NCBI RefSeq assembly: GCF_030698125.1
Contig: NZ_JAUYNV010000014.1
Coordinates: 3,028 to 67,027, forward strand
Origin: Methyloversatilis sp.
Lineage (GTDB): Bacteria > Pseudomonadota > Gammaproteobacteria > Burkholderiales > Rhodocyclaceae
Direction: 5' to 3'
DNA length: 64,000 nucleotides
The first letter of the stretch is position 1; each line of letters opens with the position of its first letter. The translations under genes and the position numbers were made by a program. Positions 20,378 through 29,529 of this stretch are shown piece after piece. Under the pieces are notes generated by a model. That model did no database searches. It saw nothing but the letters and a program-made list of their open reading frames with translations, and was not told the origin of the DNA.

Positions 20378-20406
20378 GTGACAATGCGGTGACGCAGGGA
20401 TGACAG
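20378..20406 (-). promoter_or_regulatory. tandem Pho boxes (three 7-mers in 11-bp register) upstream of the phytase-like gene
   Basis: The sense strand reads CTGTCAT-CCCT-GCGTCAC-CGCA-TTGTCAC (7/7, 5/7 and 6/7 matches to the PhoB half-site CTGTCAY), 63-91 nt upstream of the start at 20315. Confidence 0.6.
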
Positions 20407-20418
20407 CGGGGCCGGCGC

Positions 20419-21114
20419 TTGCGGCGACGGCCCCGGGACGAATCTTTCGTGCAACACTTTCTCCCTCCGCTCATCGGGTATCGGATCAGAGTGCTGCCGA
20501 TCGAACTGCTTGTCGCCGGGCTGGCATTGGCCGTCAGCCTCATGCTGCGCCCCTGGCGCATGCTGCGCGGCCCGCTTGGCGCGCCCTGGGTGGCGTCCTG
20601 GGTGCTGCTGTCGCTGCTCTGGGTATTGCCGCAGAACCTGCCGGCCGGCATTTCGATCCAGCTGTCAGGTGCCTGCCTGCTGGTGCTGATGTTCGGCTGG
20701 CCGCTGGCGGTGATCGAACTGCTGCTGATTGCGCTCGCGGTGTGGCTGTTCGGCCATCTGGGCTGGGCTACGGTGCTGTCGCAGCTGGTATGGATCGGCC
20801 TGGTGCCGGCGACGCTGGCACTGGGGCTGGGCGAGGTGTTGCGGCGCACGCTGCCGCCACATCCCTTCATCTACGTGCTGGGCCGCGCGTTCATCGGCAC
20901 CGCGCTCTGCCTGTTCCTGGCCGGGGTGGCATACGAGTTTGCGCATCACCTGATCGACGGTGTCGCGATGGAACAGGCGCTGGTCGCGCGCTGGCTGATG
21001 GCCTGGGGCGATGCCTTCATCACCGGCATGCTGGTGTCGATCTTCGTCGCCTTCATTCCCGAATGGCTGGCGACCTGGTCGGACCGGCGCTACCTCGGAC
21101 CCGGCGGTACCTGA
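20419..21114 (+). CDS. polytopic integral membrane protein, unknown function
   Basis: 231-aa ORF with about 6 hydrophobic helices (e.g. LLVAGLALAVSLML, WVASWVLLSLLWVL, LLIALAVWLFGHLGW). No motif I can name. The start is uncertain because the 5' end abuts the Pho boxes of the divergent gene. Confidence 0.5.
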   Translation: MRRRPRDESFVQHFLPPLIGYRIRVLPIELLVAGLALAVSLMLRPWRMLRGPLGAPWVASWVLLSLLWVLPQNLPAGISIQLSGACLLVLMFGWPLAVIELLLIALAVWLFGHLGWATVLSQLVWIGLVPATLALGLGEVLRRTLPPHPFIYVLGRAFIGTALCLFLAGVAYEFAHHLIDGVAMEQALVARWLMAWGDAFITGMLVSIFVAFIPEWLATWSDRRYLGPGGT

Positions 21115-21139
21115 TCGCGCGGACCACGCCGGACTGTCA

Positions 21140-22438
21140 TCACGCCGCGCGCGCGCTGCCGGCCTGCAGCGCACGTTCTGCACCCAGTGCGTTCGCCAGC
21201 GATTGCTGACCGCTGCGTGCCGCCGCCTCGATCAGCGTCAGGTCGATCACGTCGCGCTGGGCATGGCTGCCGCCGAAACGGTGCGACATGTGGCGGATCG
21301 GCCGCAACAACTCGACCGTCTGCGCATGGTCGCCATCGGCGAACGCCGCCATTGCTGCCGTCGCCGCGCGGCCGACCTCGGCGGTGAAGCGCACGTTGTC
21401 CGCATCGCTTTGACCACTGCCCGCGATGACCGCCTGCTGCGCATCGGCGACCGCCCGGATCAGGTCGGTGCGGCCGGCCGCTGCGAAGGCCATCGTTGCG
21501 TGCATGTCGTTGAAGGCGTAGCGGCCGGTGGTGGCAATCGGTGCCCAGCGGTCGGCCAGCGCCTGCCAGCGCGACCCGACATCGACGCCGCGCAGATGTA
21601 GCCGCCACAGCAGCGCGGACTGGTCCACCAGGTCGAACACGAAGCCGGGCGCGTCGGCGCACACCGGGCTGTCGTACAGCGCCAGCACGGCGTCGATGTC
21701 GTCCAGTCCGAGGTGGAACAGCGCCAGATGCCAGTGGTTGTGCACCGACAGGAAGCTGTCCTGCGCCCAGGCCTGCGGCGCGGCGCGCATCCACGCGATG
21801 CCGTCGCGCCGCCGGTTCTGCATTTCCATCACGTGCGCGACGGCGTGCTGCGCCCAGCCATCGCGCGGCTGGCGCTCGACCGCCTGCCGGCCGTACTGCT
21901 CGGCACGTGCATAGTCGCCGGTTTCTTCCAGCCCGAACGCCAGCATGCCGGCCACCGCATGCCAGGCCGGCATGTCGGTGTGCCAGGCGTGCAGGGCGCG
22001 TGCGATGCGGTCGCGCAGCATGCGCGAATCGCCGAGCAGGAAGTCGGTCTGGTGGCCGGCCTGCAATGCCAGCGCATCGAGCGGGTGATTGATCGCGAGG
22101 TCTTCGAGCACGCGCGCGGCCGCGCGCAAGCAGCCACCGACCAGCAGGCCGACCGCCCTGACGTGGCGCGCTTCACGCTCATTGGCGGGCAAACTTTCCG
22201 CACTTCTGCGCGCGGCGGCGGCAACCGGAAGCCCGGCGGGTTCGGTGCCGAGCAGCATCAGGTAGGCAAGCAGCACATGGCCCATGACCATGTCCGGGCT
22301 GTCTTCGAGTGCTGCACTCACGGTGGCGACCGGGTCGCCGATGAAGCAGCGGAACTGGTGTTCCGCCAGTTCGAGCAGTTCAAGACTGCGCGGGCTGGCG
22401 CCACTGACGGCCAGGCCTGTAGTCGTGTGCAAGGTCAT
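21140..22438 (-). CDS. TPR-containing protein of the TTC38-like family
   Basis: 432 aa, all-helical. The N-terminus ...SLELLELAEHQFRCFIGDPVATVSAALEDSPDMVMGHVLLAYLMLLG resembles the TTC38 family as I remember it. No signal peptide. Confidence 0.5.
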   Translation of the reverse strand: MTLHTTTGLAVSGASPRSLELLELAEHQFRCFIGDPVATVSAALEDSPDMVMGHVLLAYLMLLGTEPAGLPVAAAARRSAESLPANEREARHVRAVGLLVGGCLRAAARVLEDLAINHPLDALALQAGHQTDFLLGDSRMLRDRIARALHAWHTDMPAWHAVAGMLAFGLEETGDYARAEQYGRQAVERQPRDGWAQHAVAHVMEMQNRRRDGIAWMRAAPQAWAQDSFLSVHNHWHLALFHLGLDDIDAVLALYDSPVCADAPGFVFDLVDQSALLWRLHLRGVDVGSRWQALADRWAPIATTGRYAFNDMHATMAFAAAGRTDLIRAVADAQQAVIAGSGQSDADNVRFTAEVGRAATAAMAAFADGDHAQTVELLRPIRHMSHRFGGSHAQRDVIDLTLIEAAARSGQQSLANALGAERALQAGSARAA

Positions 22439-22595
22439 GGGCAGACTCCTGTGCGGTCGGGCGATAACGGATCATCGAATCTTGATGGTAGGCAATTTTC
22501 GATGTCGGTATCGAGCCTGGTCAAGACGTCAGGCGCCGGTCATCAACGTTCGACAACACGCCGGCACGCCCTTGCACGGGAACAGCGACCCTATG

Positions 22596-22624
22596 CTCAC
22601 CGCTTGCCCGCGGGCAGCGGTGAG
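22596..22624 (-). terminator. strong hairpin 10 nt after the PhoX-like gene stop (no U-tract)
   Basis: CTCACCGCT(T)GCC-CGCG-GGCAGCGGTGAG: a 12-bp stem with one bulge. Confidence 0.4.
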
Positions 22625-22634
22625 CGGGCAGGGC

Positions 22635-24296
22635 TCAGAGGTTGCCGCGCGCCCACGGGCCGGTGATGGCGACCGTGATGCCGGGCCGGTAGATATTGAC
22701 GAACAGCACGCGGCCGGTCGGATCGAAGCAGGCGCCTGCGAATTCGGTGCCGCGGTAGTCGCCGCCGGCGACCTGCTTGCCGGCAGCGCCGATCTGCGCC
22801 GCATCGAGCACGACGTTGTGTTTGCCGAAGATGAAGGCTTCGCCCGCCTTGTTGAGGCCCAGCAGGCGCGCGCCGGTGCCGAAGGCGTCGGTCGAGCCGC
22901 CGCCGTCTTCGCACAGCACGATGCCGCCGCGCGGGCTGACGGTGATGTTGTCCGGATTGTTGCCGACGGTCTGGTTACCGCTGACGAAGATGGCGCGCAG
23001 GCGCATCGTCGACAGCGTCAGTTCCCACACGCATCCTTCGCCCTGACCGGGCCGGTTCTGGCTGTTGACGCCGGCTGCCGTATCGATGATGAACATCTTG
23101 CCGCCGGCGTACCAGATGCCTTCGCCGCGGCTCATGCGGGCACAGCCCAGGCTGCGGGCCTGGAAGCTGGGCCCGGCCATGAAGGCCAGACTGACGCCGC
23201 CGGGCTGGCCGACCACGACGACCGGTGCTGCATCCGGGTCGGCGATGTCCACCCATTCCAGTTCGTATTCGTCGCCGATCTCGGGATTGAGCAGGCCGAC
23301 GTCGTTGGCCTGTTCCAGCGTCGCGGCGGTGGCCTTGCGAACGATGGTCTTCACGCGTGCCGCCTGCAGCGTGCCGCCGTTGTGCAGGCTGCCCGGCTCG
23401 CCGCTGGTGTCAGCGGGCACATAGCGGAAGAAGGCTGCCACATTGCGGTTGTCTTCGGTTTCATAGACGAAGCCTGTGGTCGGATCGACCGCGACGGCTT
23501 CGTGCACGAAGCGGCCCATGCCGATGATCGGGTCGGCGATCGACTCGGCCGGGTCTGCGCCGGTTTCGAAAACATAACCGTGCTTCTTGCCGCCGATCAG
23601 CGAAAAGTCGAACACGGTTTCTTCGCAGGTGAGCCAGGTGCCCCACGGCGTGGGGCCGCCGGCACAGTTGCCCAGCGTGCCGCCGAGGGACGACTCCGCG
23701 CCGGCCCACTTGTTGTCGCGGAACAGCAGATTGGTCGTCCCGCCCGCCACGTAGCCATCGAACGGCGGCGGTGCGGCCGCGCCCGGATCCGTGACCACCG
23801 CATAACCGCCGGCGCCGTTGCTGCCGATGCGGATGGGCAGACTGCCGTAGTAGGCGGTGATGATGCCGTTCACACGGGTCGTCGAGTAATTGTGCTGGGC
23901 ATTGATCGCGTCGCCCGGCGTGAGCGCGACGCCGCGTTCGTGATTGCGCACCAGCACCAGTTCGGTGCTGCGGCCGACGCGGCGTGACGTCACCACGGCC
24001 ATGCCGTCCGGGTTGTCGGGTGTGGCACGGCCATCGTCCATCGCGTCACCGGTCCAGCCGAAGGAGCGGTAGCTGAAGCCCTGCGGCAACTGCAGCAGGG
24101 GCAGCCCGGTGGTCAGGTCATTGACCGGGGCAATCAGGCCGTAGGGCGATAGGGCCGAAACGGTCTGCTTGCCGGTGGCGGCCAGTGCATTGCTGGCATG
24201 CAACGCGGCCATGACCCCGGTGAAGCGGGTGGCGGCGGCAACGCCTGAGCTCTTGAGCAGCAGGCGACGGGCGGGCGAAAAATCTCTGGACGACAT
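22635..24296 (-). CDS. second PhoX-like (DUF839) secreted protein, Tat signal
   Basis: Trimmed to ATG 24296 (MSSRDFSPARRLLLKSSGVAAATRFTGVMAALHASNALA). Motifs PWGTWLTCEE, FVHEAVAVDP and GEGIWY, plus a propeller-like C-terminus, are shared with PhoX-family proteins. Confidence 0.7.
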   Translation of the reverse strand: MSSRDFSPARRLLLKSSGVAAATRFTGVMAALHASNALAATGKQTVSALSPYGLIAPVNDLTTGLPLLQLPQGFSYRSFGWTGDAMDDGRATPDNPDGMAVVTSRRVGRSTELVLVRNHERGVALTPGDAINAQHNYSTTRVNGIITAYYGSLPIRIGSNGAGGYAVVTDPGAAAPPPFDGYVAGGTTNLLFRDNKWAGAESSLGGTLGNCAGGPTPWGTWLTCEETVFDFSLIGGKKHGYVFETGADPAESIADPIIGMGRFVHEAVAVDPTTGFVYETEDNRNVAAFFRYVPADTSGEPGSLHNGGTLQAARVKTIVRKATAATLEQANDVGLLNPEIGDEYELEWVDIADPDAAPVVVVGQPGGVSLAFMAGPSFQARSLGCARMSRGEGIWYAGGKMFIIDTAAGVNSQNRPGQGEGCVWELTLSTMRLRAIFVSGNQTVGNNPDNITVSPRGGIVLCEDGGGSTDAFGTGARLLGLNKAGEAFIFGKHNVVLDAAQIGAAGKQVAGGDYRGTEFAGACFDPTGRVLFVNIYRPGITVAITGPWARGNL

Positions 24297-24371
24297 CTGC
24301 GTTTCCTTGTTCCGGGGCGCGCCGCACGGACCATCCGGGCGGTCATTCATTCGGAAGCTTGTACGCAGGCT

Positions 24372-24389
24372 GTTGCAGGGCGTTGACGC
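24372..24389 (-). promoter_or_regulatory. weak Pho-box-like repeat upstream of the second PhoX-like gene
   Basis: The sense strand reads GCGTCAA-CGCC-CTGCAAC (9/14 matches). The first half is nearly identical to the middle box at 20389-20395. It lies 76-93 nt upstream of the start. Confidence 0.3.
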
Positions 24390-24532
24390 GCCGGGCCTTC
24401 AAAACACGCCGATCGGACTATGCGGGCCGAAGTGCGTCCCGCTCGATCATCGATGGCTGGCCGCGAACCGATACGCGGGCCGCGCATGCAGAAGGTGGCA
24501 GAGGGTCGGCGCCGGCAGGCGCCGCACACCCG

Positions 24533-24784
24533 TTACTGGTGGTAGGCGATCTCGATGTCGGTATCGAGTTCGGTCACGCAGTCGAGCACCTGGCTGGTCA
24601 GGGTCTGGTCATCATCGCTCCACAGCGCTTCCGGGTCGTCTTCGCGCGTGGACAGCGGCGTGATGTCGAAGTCGATGAACTGGTCGCCGACCTTGAGCAC
24701 GGTGACGCCCGAGGCGTGGTCCACCAGGGTCCAGTCGTCGGGCACCTGCAGTTCGGCGGTAATGTGTACGGTCAATGTCTTCAT
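24533..24784 (-). CDS. small acidic hypothetical protein (83 aa)
   Basis: Trimmed to ATG 24784: MKTLTVHITAELQVPDDWTLVDHASGVTVLKVGDQFIDFDITPLSTREDDPEALWSDDDQTLTSQVLDCVTELDTDIEIAYHQ. The composition looks coding, but I recognise no family. Confidence 0.45.
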   Translation of the reverse strand: MKTLTVHITAELQVPDDWTLVDHASGVTVLKVGDQFIDFDITPLSTREDDPEALWSDDDQTLTSQVLDCVTELDTDIEIAYHQ

Positions 24785-24971
24785 TGCATTCTCCAGTTGG
24801 GATGGCCGCACTGTAACGCGCCGGTCGGGTGGTGGGGCAATTGATCTGCAGGGGATCGATGCCGCCTGACGGTCGGCCGCGCGGGCGTGCGTTCGGTACG
24901 ATGCGCATCCGGGTCGTGCTTTCGGTTCAGCGACTGCCCGGCCTTCGAAAATGACTTTCCGGAGCTGGAAC

Positions 24972-25631
24972 ATGGCGGTGAACCTGATCGAACTTGAATC
25001 CGGCCCTGCGCCGAGCGCAACCCTCATTGTGCTGCACGGCCTCGGCGCCGACGGCAACGACTTCGTGCCGGTGTGCCGCGCACTGGATCTCGATGCCGTC
25101 GGCCCGGTGCGTTTCGTGCTGCCCGACGCACCCGAGCGCCCGGTCACGCGAAATGGCGGCTACCTCATGCGCGCCTGGTTCGACGTGTTCGCGCCGGGCT
25201 CGGGCATCGACGACGAGGCGGGCATCCGCGCGTCGCAACAGATCATCGACGCGCTGATCGCGCGCGAAACGGCACGTGGCATGCCGGCCTCGCGCATCGT
25301 GCTGATGGGGTTTTCGCAGGGCTGCGCGATGGCGCTGGTGGCCGGTCTGCGTCAGGCCGAGCGGCTGGCCGGCATCGCCGGGTTGTCGGGCTATCTGCCG
25401 CTGGCCGGCAAGACCGCGGCCGAGCGCAGCGCCGCCAATCGTGATGTACCGGTGTTTCTGGCGCACGGGCAGAACGACAGCGTGGTCGATATCGACCGCG
25501 CGCTGGCGGCGCGCGCCGTGCTCGACGACCTGTCGGTATCGTACGACTGGCACACCTACGACATGGACCACGAAGTCAGCCCGGACGAGATCGCCGATCT
25601 GAACCGCTGGTTGCTGAGGGTGCTGGCTTGA
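24972..25631 (+). CDS. phospholipase/carboxylesterase family alpha/beta hydrolase
   Basis: GGAG RBS 8 nt before ATG 24972. Motifs: LIVLHGLGADGNDF, the nucleophile elbow GFSQGCAMAL, and a later HG...D / H pair. Confidence 0.8.
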   Translation: MAVNLIELESGPAPSATLIVLHGLGADGNDFVPVCRALDLDAVGPVRFVLPDAPERPVTRNGGYLMRAWFDVFAPGSGIDDEAGIRASQQIIDALIARETARGMPASRIVLMGFSQGCAMALVAGLRQAERLAGIAGLSGYLPLAGKTAAERSAANRDVPVFLAHGQNDSVVDIDRALAARAVLDDLSVSYDWHTYDMDHEVSPDEIADLNRWLLRVLA

Positions 25632-25646
25632 TGCCCTGATGAGGCA

Positions 25647-26261
25647 CTACTGCGGCTTCGGGGTGCGGGCGGTCAGCAACTGCGCCAGTTCGACCGCCGA
25701 GCGCACGCCCATTTTTTCAAAGATGCGCGCCCGATGCACTTCGACCGTGCGCATCGTCACCCCGAGATCCATCGCGATCACCTTGTTCATCTGGCCGGCC
25801 AGCACGCGCTCCATCACTTCCAGCTCGCGGCTGGTGAGATGTGCGAGGCGCTCGTCGACCTCGCGCGCGGCCGCCTGACGGCTCGACCGCTGGTGGTGGA
25901 TGTCAAGTGCGGCCAGCGCGCGGTCCACCAGTTCGTTGTCGTTGAACGGCTTCTCGACGAAATCGAAAGCGCCCTTTTTCAGTGCGGCCACCGCCATCGG
26001 CACGTCGCCATGCCCGGTCAGGAAGATGACCGGAACGTCATGACCTTTTTCGCGCAGCCATTCGAACAGTTCGAGCCCGCTCATGCCGTCCATCCGGATG
26101 TCGAGCAGCAGGCAGCCGCAGCGCCCGATCTCGCCACCGGCGATGAGCGCCTCGGCCGATGACCACAGCCGCGCAACATGGCCGCGCGAGCGGAACAGCC
26201 AGCCAAGCGCATCGCGGATGGCGTCATCGTCGTCGACGATGAAGATCTGGTTCGTGCTCAT
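25647..26261 (-). CDS. dctR: FixJ/LuxR-type response regulator (DctR-like)
   Basis: Trimmed to ATG 26261 (MSTNQIFIVDDDDAIRDAL...), which gives a receiver domain plus a C-terminal LuxR HTH (LTSRELEVMERVLAGQMNKVIAMDLGVTMRTVEVHR). ATGA overlap with the kinase stop. Adjacent to dctPQM. Confidence 0.75.
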   Translation of the reverse strand: MSTNQIFIVDDDDAIRDALGWLFRSRGHVARLWSSAEALIAGGEIGRCGCLLLDIRMDGMSGLELFEWLREKGHDVPVIFLTGHGDVPMAVAALKKGAFDFVEKPFNDNELVDRALAALDIHHQRSSRQAAAREVDERLAHLTSRELEVMERVLAGQMNKVIAMDLGVTMRTVEVHRARIFEKMGVRSAVELAQLLTARTPKPQ

Positions 26262-28201
26262 GTCGACAGCGCCTGTGCGCCGGCCGCCGGCAGCTTGAGG
26301 ATGAACACCGTCCCACCCCCTTCGGCCGCTTCGAACCACAGCCGTCCGTGATGCAGCTCGACGATGGAGCGGCAGATGTTCAGTCCCATGCCCATGCCGT
26401 CCGGTTTGGTGGTGAAGAAGGGCGCAAAGAGCTTTTCCGCGATGTCGGGCGGAATGCCGGCGCCGCTGTCGCGCACCGCCACCTGCACGTCTTCGCCGTC
26501 GGTCCGGGTATCGATCTGCAGTCGCCGCTTTTCCGCCGAACTGCCGGCCATGGCATCCATGCCATTGCGGATCAGGTTCAGCAGCACCTGTTCGATCATC
26601 ACCCGGTCGGCCAGCACGTCGGCCAGATCCGGCGCCTGCGACGTGGTGATGTGGATGTTGCGCTTGCGGGCGTCGGCTTCGATCAGCGCCACCGCGTCGT
26701 CGACGATGTCGTTCAGCGAACAGCGCACGCGCTGCGGTTCGGACCGGCGCACGAATTCGTGCACGCGGCGGATGATGGTGCCGGCGCGGCGCGCCTGCGT
26801 ATTCATCTTCGACAGCGGCTCCCTGAAGTCCGACAGATGCCCCTGGCCGGTTTCGATCATGTTCAGGCAGGCGGTGCTGTAGCTGGAGATGGCCGACAGC
26901 GGCTGGTTCAGTTCATGCGCCAGCGTGGAGGCCATTTCGCCCATCGTGATGAGCCGGCCGGTGAATTGCAGCTGCTCCTGCTGCTGCCGGTACAACGCCT
27001 CCGCCTGCTTGCTTTCGGTGACATCGAGCACCGAACTCATCCAGCCGACGTGCCGGCCCCCGGCATCGACCAGCGGTGCTTCGGAAATCAGCACATCGAA
27101 GCGTTCACCGTCGCGCCGCATGAAGGTCAGTTCGATCGCTTCTCGTTTTTCGGCATTGCCGGCCAGGATGCCGTCGTGCAGCGCCCGGATCTGTTCGGCG
27201 TGCTCGGGTGCCCAGTAAGGCATGGGCGGGTGCATCGCCATCAGCTCTTCGGCACTCCAGCCCACCATGCGGCAGAACGCCGGATTGACGTGCGTGATGC
27301 GGCCTTCGAGGTCGCGCGCGCGCAGTCCGATGATCAGCGAGTTTTCCATCGCGGTGCGAAAGGCATGTTCTTCGCGCAAGGCGTGTTCGGCGGCGAGCCG
27401 GCGATTGAGGTGGCGGCGCAGCGCCCACAGGCTCCACAGCATGGTCAGTGCGAGGCCGACCAGGGTGACCACCAGCAGCGCCGGCAGCAGGCGGGTTTCG
27501 CTGCGGTAGGCGGCGACGCGCAGTCGCAGCCCGTGGCCGGGCGGCTCGAAAGCAATTGAGTAGCCCAGGTCGCGGTTGCCGGACGCGACCTTCGACTTGC
27601 TGGCCAGTACGCGTTCGGTGTTGTCGATCACCTCGACCGCATAGCGTTCGGCAAACCACCAGGGCACCGAGCGCACGAGCATCTGCGCCAGCGAGTAGCG
27701 ACCGCGCATCCAGCCGCGGTCAGCGCCGAGCGGCACCAGCACGTCGAACTGCACATCGCCGTCCGGCAAGACCCTCGGCGGCAGATAGACCGCCTGCCCG
27801 ATCCGGTCCGCCAGTCGGGCCGGTGCGGCGAGTGCCTCATCGGCCGCGTCGACCGCGATCAGGCGTTCGACGCTCAGCAGGCCCTGGCCGTTGCTCACCA
27901 GGCTGCGCGCACGCAGTTCGAGCGCCGCCGCGTCGAAACCCTTTTCGGCTGCCTCGCGACCCAGTTGCCCGATCAGTTCGACGTTGCGATCGAGGTGGAA
28001 GCGCAAGTCCTGTTCCATCCACAACACGTCGCTGATCATCGCGGCGCGCTGGTCTTCCTGATCCGTGCTGTGCAGCAGCCAGACCAGTGCGGCGATGGCG
28101 GCCAGGAACAGCACCAGCGCCACGCGCGGCAATACCCAGTACCAGCCGGGTGCGCCGGTGGGCGGTACTGCAGATGGCGGCAGGCGAAGCAGTGATTCCA
28201 C
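26258..28201 (-). CDS. dctS: sensor histidine kinase with periplasmic domain, PAS, HisKA and HATPase (DctS-like)
   Basis: 647 aa with two TM helices flanking a ~270-aa periplasmic part. It has a PAS domain (ITHVNPAFCRMVGW), an H-box (MASTLAHELNQPLSA), and N/G boxes (LLNLIRNGMDAM, DSGAGI, GMGMGL). Confidence 0.8.
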   Translation of the reverse strand: MESLLRLPPSAVPPTGAPGWYWVLPRVALVLFLAAIAALVWLLHSTDQEDQRAAMISDVLWMEQDLRFHLDRNVELIGQLGREAAEKGFDAAALELRARSLVSNGQGLLSVERLIAVDAADEALAAPARLADRIGQAVYLPPRVLPDGDVQFDVLVPLGADRGWMRGRYSLAQMLVRSVPWWFAERYAVEVIDNTERVLASKSKVASGNRDLGYSIAFEPPGHGLRLRVAAYRSETRLLPALLVVTLVGLALTMLWSLWALRRHLNRRLAAEHALREEHAFRTAMENSLIIGLRARDLEGRITHVNPAFCRMVGWSAEELMAMHPPMPYWAPEHAEQIRALHDGILAGNAEKREAIELTFMRRDGERFDVLISEAPLVDAGGRHVGWMSSVLDVTESKQAEALYRQQQEQLQFTGRLITMGEMASTLAHELNQPLSAISSYSTACLNMIETGQGHLSDFREPLSKMNTQARRAGTIIRRVHEFVRRSEPQRVRCSLNDIVDDAVALIEADARKRNIHITTSQAPDLADVLADRVMIEQVLLNLIRNGMDAMAGSSAEKRRLQIDTRTDGEDVQVAVRDSGAGIPPDIAEKLFAPFFTTKPDGMGMGLNICRSIVELHHGRLWFEAAEGGGTVFILKLPAAGAQALST

Positions 28202-28295
28202 GTTGCGTGAGGGCTTTCGGCAGAGGGGCGCAGCATGCGCCTTGTGCGCACCGGACAGCTCACATCATAAGACGCGCGTCGAACGCACTGCAGAT

Positions 28296-28344
28296 CGGAA
28301 ATCCACAACGCGCCCGGCCGATGCACCGTTGCGGAAATCCACAA
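28296..28344 (+). promoter_or_regulatory. two perfect 13-bp direct repeats CGGAAATCCACAA (36 bp apart) in the dctS-dctP divergent region; candidate DctR operator
   Basis: Copies at 28296-28308 and 28332-28344, 83-131 nt upstream of the dctP start. Confidence 0.45.
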
Positions 28345-28426
28345 TGGCACGTGGCGGTGCCTGGCACCACACTGCGGTCATCACTCGGCGCCCGCATGCC
28401 GTGTGCCCATAACAGGAGGAGATCCC

Positions 28427-29431
28427 ATGAAACTGCATTCCATGCTGTTCGGCCTGATCGCGCTCGGCCTGACCCCGTTTGCCGCTGCGCAACAGCCCAT
28501 CGTGATCAAGTTCAGCCACGTCGTGGCCACCGAAACGCCGAAGGGCAAGGCGGCGGAGTTCTTCAAGAAGCGTGCCGAAGAATTGACCGGTGGCAAGGTG
28601 AAGGTCGAGGTGTATCCGAACAGCCAGCTGTACAAGGACAAGGAAGAGATGGAGGCGTTGCAGCTGGGCGCCGTGCAGATGCTGGCGCCGTCGCTGGCCA
28701 AGTTCGGCCCGCTGGGCGTCAAGGAATTCGAGGTGTTCGACCTGCCGTTCATCTTCGATGGCTACGCCGACCTGCACAAGGTGACCAAGGGCCCGATCGG
28801 CGCCGGCATCCTGAAGAAGCTCGATTCCAAGGGCATCATCGGTCTGGCGTTCTGGGACAACGGTTTCAAGTCCTTTTCGGCCAATACGCCGATCAGGACG
28901 CCGGCTGACCTGAAGGCGAAGAAGTTGCGCATCCAGTCGTCCAAGGTGCTCGAAGAGCAGATGCGCAGCATCGGCGCGCTGCCGCAGGTGATGGCGTTCT
29001 CCGAGGCGTATCAGGCGCTGCAGACCGGCGTGGTCGATGGCACCGAGAACCCGCACTCCAATATGTATACGCAGAAGATGCACGAAGTGCAGAAGCACAT
29101 GGCGGTGACCGATCACGGCTATCTCGGCTACGCGGTCATCGTGAACAAGAAGTTCTGGGACGGCCTGCCGGCCGATGTGCGCGGCCAGCTCGATACGGCG
29201 ATGAAGGAATCGACCGAATACGCGAACCAGATCGCCAGGGAAGAGAACGACAACTCGCTCGACGGCATCCGCAAGAGCGGCAAGACCCAGGTCTATGTGC
29301 CGACGGCCGACGAGCGCCTGGCGTTCAAGCGCGTCATGGTGCCGGTGCACAAGAAGATGGAAGGGCGCATCGGTCGGGAATTGATCGATGCCATCTACAA
29401 GGAAACGGCCTTCGATCCGTCGAAGCTGTAA
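28427..29431 (+). CDS. dctP: TRAP transporter C4-dicarboxylate-binding protein
   Basis: AGGAGGA RBS, ATG 28427. The sequence ...QPIVIKFSHVVATETPKGKAAEFFKKRAEELTGGKVKVEVYPNSQLYKDKEEMEALQLGAVQMLAPSLAKFGPLGVKEFEVFDLPFIF is very close to Rhodobacter DctP as I recall it. Confidence 0.9.
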   Translation: MKLHSMLFGLIALGLTPFAAAQQPIVIKFSHVVATETPKGKAAEFFKKRAEELTGGKVKVEVYPNSQLYKDKEEMEALQLGAVQMLAPSLAKFGPLGVKEFEVFDLPFIFDGYADLHKVTKGPIGAGILKKLDSKGIIGLAFWDNGFKSFSANTPIRTPADLKAKKLRIQSSKVLEEQMRSIGALPQVMAFSEAYQALQTGVVDGTENPHSNMYTQKMHEVQKHMAVTDHGYLGYAVIVNKKFWDGLPADVRGQLDTAMKESTEYANQIAREENDNSLDGIRKSGKTQVYVPTADERLAFKRVMVPVHKKMEGRIGRELIDAIYKETAFDPSKL

Positions 29432-29529
29432 GCCGCTTGCTCCGGTTGCTGCGCCGTTGGGCGGCAACCGGCTGATCCGCCGGGCGCAGGGCTCTCTGCG
29501 CGCCTTACAAAATTTTCGGGGAGACCGCC

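Noticed and set aside
18759-20870. Long N-terminal extensions in the ORF track. This applies here and at 34201-36375, 5785-6672, 22635-24350, 33404-34282, 25647-26339, 11964-12956 and 57568-58689.
   Set aside because: In each case an internal ATG is preceded by a Shine-Dalgarno-like sequence and begins a clean signal peptide or known N-terminus. The extension itself is Arg/Pro/Ser-rich and often overlaps neighbouring promoters.
28345-28367. Two TGGCAC motifs upstream of dctP that look like sigma-54 -24 elements.
   Set aside because: The nearest GC dinucleotides are one position off the obligatory GG-N10-GC spacing in both cases. The cognate regulator is a FixJ/LuxR type, not an enhancer-binding protein.
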